In this document: positions 8,584 to 16,300 of the stretch, in pieces
Layout: each line of letters starts with the position of its first letter
Numbering within the stretch: position 1 is the stretch's first letter
Virus record (IMG/VR): IMGVR_UViG_3300029825_000005
Location: 46,747-66,746 of that record
DNA: 20,000 bases
Reading direction: 5' to 3' (one strand)
Origin: an uncultured virus (IMG/VR IMGVR_UViG_3300029825_000005)
Lineage: Duplodnaviria; Heunggongvirae; Uroviricota; Caudoviricetes
The notes under the pieces: generated by a model
Seen by the model: the letters and a program-made list of their open reading frames with translations, nothing else
Told to the model about the DNA's origin: nothing
Database searches by the model: none
Position numbers and translations under genes: made by a program

Positions 8584-9723
8584 ATGGCTAACGTAGCCCC
8601 ACCCTATTCTACATACGTAAATACCGCTGAAAACAAGCGTGTAATTACCGACTATATTTCTCTTCTTGACCCCAGTGATGCTCCATTTGTGGAATCAATT
8701 GGTGGTCTTGACGGCGCTGCCAGTAAATTCAGATTCACTAATCAAGGAACTTTGGTGGAGTGGATTGAGGATACTCTTGCACCGCTGACAGGAGCGCTCT
8801 CAATCGGCACGGCAGCCACTGTTTCAACAGCTACTGCGCTAACCGTAGCTGACGCTAACATGGTACAGCCTGGACATATCCTGCTTCAAGGTTCTGAATT
8901 GATGTGGGTATCTGCGAATGATTCTGGTGCAATCACCGTCACTCGTGGTCTTGGCAGCACTACCGCAACCACCCTGGCTACCAACAATACTTTTGCTATT
9001 GTCGGTATGGCTCGTCTTGAAGGAGATGATTCCGACCCCATCGGATATACAGACCTTACAACCAACAGCAACTATACTCAGATTTTCCACAAGGAAGTCA
9101 AACAAACTGGCACAGCCCCCTATCAAGACCGATGGGGCATGGGCGACCAGATGCAGTATGAGTCTGCTAAGTCAATCCCTGAGATGATGAGACTGATTGA
9201 ACGCACCCTGCAATATGGTAAGCGCTCAGCTGGCTCTACCATAACTCCCAGGATGATGGGCGGTTATCAAGAGTTCATCCAAACCAACAAAGCGTCTGGC
9301 GCTAACATCAGCGTGGCTTCACTTGCTCCTGCTGTTATTGAAGATGCCGTTGAGTTGATTTACAATGCTGGCGGCTCAGGAGACTTTCTTGCGATTGTCA
9401 ACCCTGCCACCTACCAGAAAATCAAGAACGCCTATGACAGTTCAAGCTTTGTGCGCTACCCGCCAGAGCAGACCCAATTTGGCACTCTGGTAGACAGAAT
9501 CATCACACCATTCGGCAACGTCTCGTTTGTGATTGACCGCTGGCAGCTGTCCAGTCTTATCCCGATTATGAAACTTGACAACGTAGGTATGCTTACCTTG
9601 CGCCCCTGGCAAGTTGAGGATTTGGCTAAGACTGGTGACGCTGAAAAGAAGCAATTGATTGGAGAGTTCTCATTCTGTATGAAACTCGAAAAGTCGCACG
9701 CTTTGCTGACCGCAGTGTCCTAA
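8584..9723 (+). CDS. Major capsid protein, SU10/DUF5309-like (HK97 fold), with inserted beta-rich domain
   Basis: RBS GGAGG at 8571-8575. Motifs LLDPSDAPF, EWIEDTL, NYTQIF.KEV..TGT, E..R.IE..L.YG, PRMMGG, TPFG.V, LAKTGDAEK..L.GE match the SU10/DUF5309 capsid family as I recall it. Followed by a strong hairpin. Confidence 0.88.
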   Translation: MANVAPPYSTYVNTAENKRVITDYISLLDPSDAPFVESIGGLDGAASKFRFTNQGTLVEWIEDTLAPLTGALSIGTAATVSTATALTVADANMVQPGHILLQGSELMWVSANDSGAITVTRGLGSTTATTLATNNTFAIVGMARLEGDDSDPIGYTDLTTNSNYTQIFHKEVKQTGTAPYQDRWGMGDQMQYESAKSIPEMMRLIERTLQYGKRSAGSTITPRMMGGYQEFIQTNKASGANISVASLAPAVIEDAVELIYNAGGSGDFLAIVNPATYQKIKNAYDSSSFVRYPPEQTQFGTLVDRIITPFGNVSFVIDRWQLSSLIPIMKLDNVGMLTLRPWQVEDLAKTGDAEKKQLIGEFSFCMKLEKSHALLTAVS

Positions 9724-9733
9724 CAATTGAGTT

Positions 9734-9764
9734 AGCAGGTGGGGCAACTTGTACCCCACCTGCT
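9734..9764 (+). terminator. Strong stem-loop after capsid gene (terminator/attenuator or mRNA-stabilising hairpin)
   Basis: AGCAGGTGGGG (9734-9744), 9-nt loop, CCCCACCTGCT (9754-9764): a perfect 11-bp stem 10 nt after the capsid stop codon. No U-tract follows. Confidence 0.6.
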
Positions 9765-9783
9765 GCTATAAAAAGAGAGCATA

Positions 9784-10023
9784 ATGTCTAAACTAAGTAC
9801 GATTCCTGTACTACGATGCACCCATTGTGGAAAAATGATAAAACTAACTTACCTGGGCACTACCCAATCTGATGCGGATGGGGAGATGCTCTGGAAAATC
9901 TTTCACGCAATTTCTAAAAATGCGTTATGTAATTACTGTCAAAAACAATACAACTATTTATCTAAGGAAGGGAGACTTGACGAGTGGCATCAGAACTTGA
10001 TACTAAACGTACCAGACCGATAG
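9784..10023 (+). CDS. Small zinc-ribbon protein of unknown function
   Basis: 79 aa with CTHC and CNYC pairs. Purine-rich AAAAGAGAG upstream. Fills the gap in the operon and overlaps the next gene by 40 nt. Confidence 0.7.
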   Translation: MSKLSTIPVLRCTHCGKMIKLTYLGTTQSDADGEMLWKIFHAISKNALCNYCQKQYNYLSKEGRLDEWHQNLILNVPDR

Positions 10024-10856
10024 TAGACATCGGCATAGCCTGTAATATCAACCAGACCTGGCAATGGTGGGCTACTGTAATGCAAATGCTTTTGAGCGAG
10101 GAGAAGAAAGGCAACATAGAAATAGGGCAACTGCGTACTGTGGGTTCAGCTGTACCAGACCATAATAAGAATAACATTATCGGCGATAGCAAACGGCGCA
10201 TGCGTCTGACAGACTATAACAGACAGGAAGTAACAAAGGGGTTTCTCTCAGGAGAAGCTGACTGGATTTTCTGGCTGGATGATGACACTGCCCCGCCATT
10301 GAACGCAATCACTGGCTTGCTTCATTCAGGACACGACTTTGTGGCTGGCGCTTATTTTATGACAGCAGAGCCTTACCACCCCATTGCTTACCGCAAGATG
10401 GCTGATTCTGGTTTATATGCACCTGTATATAACTTTCCTGATGGCGCGCTTATGCAGGTAGACAGCGTAGGCTTTGGCTGTACGCTGGTCCATAGAAGCG
10501 TGTATGAGAGAATCAAAAAAGCTCACAACGTATATGAGAGACATAACGGCGCTCTGTTGGTTGTTCCTAAAGACATGGTTTCTGGCGAGATTAGCGATGA
10601 TTACTTTGAGCCTTATGTAAAAGACGGCGTGTACTATGAGCACATCAAGGCTATGGACACAGACGATGACAGACAGTTTCCTTTCTATCAGCTCGAACAC
10701 GGCAGGACAGAAGACCATTACTTCTGTGAACTGGCAGCGCACGTAGGTATCAAGCCCTGGCTTGACACGTCTGTTATTTGCACTCACTATAAGACAATGC
10801 CAACGACCAAACAAGATTACACAAACCACTTATTAAAGGAGCAAGGGTTAGCATGA
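9984..10856 (+). CDS. GT-A fold (GT2-like) glycosyltransferase
   Basis: GTG start with AAGGAAGGGAG upstream. ADWIFWLDDD (DxD), VDSVGFGCTLVHRSVYE, TEDHYFC...G...WLDTSV.CTH are typical GT-A motifs. No transmembrane segment. Confidence 0.85.
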   Translation: MASELDTKRTRPIVDIGIACNINQTWQWWATVMQMLLSEEKKGNIEIGQLRTVGSAVPDHNKNNIIGDSKRRMRLTDYNRQEVTKGFLSGEADWIFWLDDDTAPPLNAITGLLHSGHDFVAGAYFMTAEPYHPIAYRKMADSGLYAPVYNFPDGALMQVDSVGFGCTLVHRSVYERIKKAHNVYERHNGALLVVPKDMVSGEISDDYFEPYVKDGVYYEHIKAMDTDDDRQFPFYQLEHGRTEDHYFCELAAHVGIKPWLDTSVICTHYKTMPTTKQDYTNHLLKEQGLA

Positions 10857-11326
10857 AAATAGCTATCTTAGGTAATATGGATGTTGAAGGGGAAGAAGGC
10901 GTAGAAGTAAAGCGCTACGATATAAACGCCTTTTATCCTAATAAAAAGATTGAAGGCGAGTTTGACCGTATCTTTGTTTCTAACAGTTTGCCAGAATTAG
11001 GCAGGGATGAGGTTATGAGGTTCTTAGACCGTGCTCGTGATGCTTTGGCTGATGGCGGCAAACTCTCTATTCAAGTGCCTATGGCTGAGTACGCAGCAAA
11101 ACAGCTGTTTACAAACAAGGCTGACCAGATTACTTACTTCATGCTCTACGGCACTGACGACCATCCATTTAAGGCGTGTTATACGATGATGCAAATACGA
11201 AGCCTGTTGGCTCGTGCTGGTTATAATGTGACAGAAGCTTCTGAAGCAATCTTGAAATTGAAAACCATCGAAGGTGAAGTGATAGATTTGCCTGTACATT
11301 CTGTTACGGCAGTTCGCAATGACTGA
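10853..11326 (+). CDS. Class I SAM-dependent methyltransferase-like protein (degenerate motif I)
   Basis: ATGA overlap with the GT gene. FDRIFVSNSLPEL...FLDRARDALADGGKLSIQVP...LLARAGY matches the core of methyltransferase-11-type proteins, but the glycine-rich motif I is reduced to ILGNMD. Confidence 0.65.
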   Translation: MKIAILGNMDVEGEEGVEVKRYDINAFYPNKKIEGEFDRIFVSNSLPELGRDEVMRFLDRARDALADGGKLSIQVPMAEYAAKQLFTNKADQITYFMLYGTDDHPFKACYTMMQIRSLLARAGYNVTEASEAILKLKTIEGEVIDLPVHSVTAVRND

Positions 11327-12548
11327 CACGCTCATCATTTCAGCGCTTCTAATACTAAACAGCTACGTAGCGTGGCAATATTCTAAGATGCCAGTCGAGT
11401 CCGACTTTGGCATCTTCGCTATGTGGGGTATGACAGGGGCTGTTTATGGCAGGGATTTTGTGGACTGCAAGTCACCAGGTGTTCATACATGGCTGATGCT
11501 TTTGGCTAAGATAAAGCGAGACATCAAACTTGTGCGATTTTTGCACTTCTTCGTCACAGGTGCTCCTGCTCTTGTGTATTACATTGTAACACATGACACT
11601 GCTGGTGCTCTTGCGTTTCTTATCCTTGTACATTCTGGATGGCTCTATGCTTTTCATGGCAACGTGGGGGATATTCCTGCTGGGCTAATATTCCTTGCGC
11701 TTATTACAGGCAATACCTGGGCGTTTATCGGTCTCCTGGTGGCAGCTACGCTCTATGAGCCTAAGCTGGTTGTCGCCACTTCTCTTATGGCGCTGCTTAG
11801 GATTCAGGATGTATGGCTGCCTTCGCTTGTGTATGGTTCTGTATTGGCTGTGTCCGCTGCCATTCTCTATTACAAGTACAGACAAGTGTTTGACTGGATT
11901 GTAGAATCTGCCTATACAATACCTAAAAGGATGATAGGCAGCCGTAAAGGGCTATACAAATTCATGCCACCCTACACAGCTATACCGCTTATGTACATTC
12001 TTCCCTGGCTCTTTGCTGGTATGTACGCTAAGCCAGAGCTATTGTATTGGCTTCCTGCCATAGTCCTGCTTGCCTTTCAGTTTGTTGGTAAAGTTATCAG
12101 ACCTAACCACTTGTTACCGTTGGTCGCTTGGATTGCTGCTGCTGGTATCAGACCAGAGATAGTTTATGCCTTAGCCACAGTAGACCTGCTTTCTGCTGGT
12201 TTATACATTGGCAACATTTGGGCACGGTTCTATCCAGGCTTAGACAATATAACGAGAGACTCTAAGCGAGTGGGGGAGTGGCTGAGTGATAAGTCTGGCA
12301 CGCTCTGGGTAAACTCTATGTGGGCGCAGATATACCTATATGCAGACAAGAAACCCCACTATGGAATGATGGAGATTATCGAGGTAAACAAAGTGGCTAC
12401 TGAGCGCAGAGAAGTAATGCTAAAGGCGCTCATAAAGTCACCGCCTGACTGGATTGTGCTCGATGACACAGCCATAGTGGAATATGATTATAATAAATAT
12501 CGTAACGTGGCTAAGATAAACAATTTCAATGTCTATAAAAGATATTGA
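11319..12548 (+). CDS. Multi-pass membrane GT-C glycosyltransferase (ArnT/PMT/RgtA-D-like)
   Basis: 8-nt overlap with the previous gene. Many hydrophobic segments. The loop after TM1, ESDFGIF...G.VYGRDFVDCKSPG, resembles the DEG.Y...G..PY.D..D.KPP signature. Soluble C-terminal tail LWV...QIYLYADKKP...PPDWIVL is typical of this class. Confidence 0.75.
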   Translation: MTDTLIISALLILNSYVAWQYSKMPVESDFGIFAMWGMTGAVYGRDFVDCKSPGVHTWLMLLAKIKRDIKLVRFLHFFVTGAPALVYYIVTHDTAGALAFLILVHSGWLYAFHGNVGDIPAGLIFLALITGNTWAFIGLLVAATLYEPKLVVATSLMALLRIQDVWLPSLVYGSVLAVSAAILYYKYRQVFDWIVESAYTIPKRMIGSRKGLYKFMPPYTAIPLMYILPWLFAGMYAKPELLYWLPAIVLLAFQFVGKVIRPNHLLPLVAWIAAAGIRPEIVYALATVDLLSAGLYIGNIWARFYPGLDNITRDSKRVGEWLSDKSGTLWVNSMWAQIYLYADKKPHYGMMEIIEVNKVATERREVMLKALIKSPPDWIVLDDTAIVEYDYNKYRNVAKINNFNVYKRY

Positions 12549-12559
12549 TAAGGAGAACA

Positions 12560-13327
12560 ATGCGTACACTATTCGATGTGATGTTAGAAACCGCCAGGCT
12601 ATCTGGTATTTTGAGAAGTGGCGTTTGCACTTATGGGGCGCTGTATGGGGCTACGCTGCAATATGTAGAGGATACCAGCAGATTAGAGAAGGAAGAATAC
12701 TTTAATGGTGGCACTATCTTTTTCAAGACAGACAAGTTATTCGCTAAAATAAGCAACTTTGAACAAACAGGTGGCAAGTTCTACTACAGTAAAGATGTAG
12801 CTGCGACCACTGGGCAACCTTATAGTGCCACGAACACTGACCCTTATGCTCTTATTGAAGCGGTGAACTCTGCTCTTACACATATGGGCACGCACACTAA
12901 GGTAGATGAGACGCTCACTTCAGATGTTACCTCTACAGAATACACACTTCCTGATGGCGTGAGCAATTTAGTTAGGGTAGAGTACACAGCAGGTGATGGG
13001 TTCAGCCCGCAGCTGTCTTGGCGTGAGATTGAAGGCAAGCTATACACTTATGCACCATTCAAAACTGCAGGCACGCTACGACTTTATTACAACACGCTTC
13101 ATCCTTACGTAGAAGAAGCTGATGATGAGATTAGTGACGCTTATAATTACAACCGTTTAGCCTGGACCGCAACCTATATGTTCCAATTTCACAGGTTGCA
13201 GCTTACTGGCAATTACAGTGAAAAAGAAACAACCCTACTTAGTCTTGCTCAAAGAGAAGCAGAGAAACTCGCAAGGGCTTTCCCTGTGCACCACTTAGAG
13301 AGAGACCCGATTCTTGGGAGATTTTAG
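12560..13327 (+). CDS. Probable head-tail adaptor/tail tubular protein A-like
   Basis: ATG at 12560 after TAAGGAG is preferred over the track's TTG at 12545. 255 aa. IEAVNSAL...EYTLPDGV..LVRVE...GKLY...LRLYY pattern and its position before the large tail gene fit podovirus adaptors. Confidence 0.6.
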   Translation: MRTLFDVMLETARLSGILRSGVCTYGALYGATLQYVEDTSRLEKEEYFNGGTIFFKTDKLFAKISNFEQTGGKFYYSKDVAATTGQPYSATNTDPYALIEAVNSALTHMGTHTKVDETLTSDVTSTEYTLPDGVSNLVRVEYTAGDGFSPQLSWREIEGKLYTYAPFKTAGTLRLYYNTLHPYVEEADDEISDAYNYNRLAWTATYMFQFHRLQLTGNYSEKETTLLSLAQREAEKLARAFPVHHLERDPILGRF

Positions 13328-16300
13328 ATGCCTTTAATACCAGAACTTAGAAGCAGTGTACCAGATGTAGGCATAACTGCTGTATCACCTTCCCACGACA
13401 TAAAGCTCTCTGATGAGAATGGTAACAGCGTAGGGCTTATATTTTGTGACCGCAACGGCAAGCGCAATCCTCTCGGCGTGAACTCAGGCTACATGCCCCG
13501 CTCGCCTATGCGTATTTCTACTGGAAGCACTGGCTATTCAGACCAAGAACCCCCTTTTATCACAGAGGTCCAGTCCACCTGGGTAGGCGGTAGGGCGCAG
13601 GCTGACCTATCAACAGACCGCACGAGGTTTGCTGACAGCTTCAGACTGGATACCACAAAGCAATATCCTATCTGTGCTCCTGCTGTTATTGCTCAGCAGG
13701 GAACAGGGTCTGCCAATGGGGTTGAATACCTAACTGGCACTCCGGGTTTTAACTATCCAACAGGCAAACCTTCTATGTGTCTATACCCGCCATCAGCAGC
13801 CGCAAGGGTAGTCAATGGGTTTACTCTCGAACTTGGGTATGATGCCGGACCTGTCACATTCTATTACAAAGCCATAGTTTCTGCCACGATGCCAACATAC
13901 ACTGACTATGACGCGGCTACCGATTACACGGATAGCGTTTATGTTCCGAGACCAGACGGGAGCATGACTTACCTTCCCATTACCCCCCTCGTAGTTCCAG
14001 CTAACACTAATCTGTGGCTTCTTGTATTTGGAACAGATGGCGGTTCGTTTAATACGGTGCGAGATGTGCACGATGTACCAGGCGCATCGATTTACGAAAA
14101 GGCAGCGGGGTCTAATGAATGGGGCGATAAGCAGGATAAGTATTGCTTCTACGGTTGGGTACATTATGATGAGGAGTATGACTCTATATTCTTTGAATAC
14201 CGTAAACAGATGTATGTGGTTATGAGTACCCTTGAAAAGAACAAATCTGAACTTTATATGAATGGCTATCGCGGATATTGCAGTTCCAACTCAGCGGACT
14301 TGACCAAAACAAACATTTATGCTACTGGTTTACAGACCAACGAATTGGCTGATTGCATTATCTATCTAATAGCTGGACCAGGTTCACAAGAGCGCAGACC
14401 GTGGCGCAAGGTTGTGAGCAACACCATGCTTGGTGTATGCGTTATGGATAAGCCTTGGAATATCCCTCACACTGTTGACACGGAATATGTTGTACTTGGT
14501 TTGAATAAGTGGCAGCACATCCCAGCGTTGGATGAATTAGCAGACCGACAATCGAGCTTGTTTACAAGCGCCGTGAAAACAGTTGCGGTCGTTGGTGATT
14601 ATGTTGTCTTTGGTTTTGGCACGAGCAGGACATTAGTTTACTTCAAGGTGTCTAAAACGGCGATTGGCTCTTCTTACTACATCAAAAATGACTTTGCCGC
14701 TGACGCTCATTATGCGGATGTTCTAACTTCCATCACAGACAAGTTCGGTGTGACAAGGCTTTGGCGAGGGGTTGGGGCTAAGGTGGATTGTGCCATTGCT
14801 AAAACCTGGGCAAGCCCTTATACTTCGCCACCGTCTCTCACGTTTGATATAAATTATGAGCAGAGAGAACACCTTTACTTGATGAGAGATAGGCTATACG
14901 TTGATTTGTACAAAGACCTGTTAGAAAAGAACAAAAGCCTTTCAGACCTTGACAGGCAAAAGAATGACCTGATAACAGAGTGTAAACAAATTATAGGCTC
15001 TTCCGCTGGCTCGAAGATTGGAACACCAGGTACTTATTCTTATCACGATGGTACTTCCACCGTCAACGTAGATTCATATCTCAAGGTTGCAAACGCCAAT
15101 TATGCCACTGCTGATGATACGATAACAGGGCTAAAGAGGACATTCGATGACCTGACGCTTGAACACAATCGCATATTGGCTGAATACGCTGCTATGACTG
15201 ATGACGAGAAAGAGGTAGCAGAATACAGAGATGAGGATATTTTCATTGAGAAGTCACGCATTGCTGGTCTGAAAGCTGGCACTTGGGCTATCACCTCTCC
15301 GACTTACACCTTTGCAAACGAGGGCATCGCTCATGGCGCTTATTTTGGTTCGTCAACACCAATAGCGGGTACGGACCTGGCTGATGCTATAAGTGAATAT
15401 GCTGATGCTAATGCAGATGTAAGAGAACTAACAGACAGAGCTTACGCTATCATAGGCACAGGCACGATTGCAAGCCCAGGAACGGACTCAGAGCTGAAGC
15501 GGGTAGTAGATGACATTGCTTTTGAAACTGCGAGGTTGACTTATGAAAGCGATGAGCACAATGCTATTTACAGACAGATACTCGACCTGACTTATCAGAT
15601 TTCAGATGATGACGACACTGATGTAGAAGACACAGACACGGCAGAAATATCTGGTTTACTGGCAGCTCACACTGACAGAGACAACTGGGTGAACGCTAAG
15701 TATCTTCCTTCTTATCTTTACGTTGGTGAGACTACCGATAAAGTTACGAACATTGTTGGTTATGGTGAGCCTAAAATCCCTTACATACTGAAAGACAGCG
15801 GATTTGGCAGTATATCCGATGGGGTATATGCCGAGCTGCCTATAGGTGAAATGAAGTCCGTCAAGTCTATTATCAACGGCACGGCAGCAATGCAGTTCGG
15901 CGTGTACCTTTACTTCAATCTGGAAGGTGGAATGGTAGAGCGTTACTACGACCAGCGCCTTGACGATGTAGGACCTAACAGAGACGAGGGTTTGCCAGCG
16001 GATAGACAAGGAGAGATTACTAAACTTCTCCCATATCCAGGGCGATATTATGCTGCGGTTGATGCTGGGTCTGACGGCTATTCGTCTATACTTTGCAACA
16101 ACCTGCTCGGCGAGTATTCTTGGCACGAGATATGGCGGTCAACTACTCTTGGAGACCAGATATACGATGTGTACGTGCAGGCAATCCCTGGGTTCAATGA
16201 AGTTGACAGGTTATGGATTGCGACAACTGAATCTATTATTGCTGTACCAATTGCGATTACGCCAGTAAACCAGTATAAGTATGAATACTTCGGTTACGAC

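Noticed and set aside
9984..10856. Glycosyltransferase as a DNA hypermodification enzyme
   Set aside because: It sits in the structural operon in one overlapping cassette with a membrane GT-C, with no hydroxymethylase or nucleotide-metabolism genes nearby, and restriction-site avoidance argues against globally protected DNA. Not strictly excluded.
12545..12559. TTG start at 12545 for the adaptor gene
   Set aside because: The TAAGGAG RBS lies downstream of it and serves the ATG at 12560.
13325..13330. In-frame TAG-ATG junction between adaptor and nozzle genes, suggesting amber read-through or stop-codon recoding
   Set aside because: The downstream gene has its own RBS (GGGAG, 7 nt upstream), long ORFs are intact under the standard code, and TAA, TAG and TGA all end genes sensibly.
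14850..15715. Insertion in the tail protein considered as an intein
   Set aside because: No Cys/Ser-start block, no His-Asn C-terminus and no LAGLIDADG motifs; the sequence looks coiled-coil.
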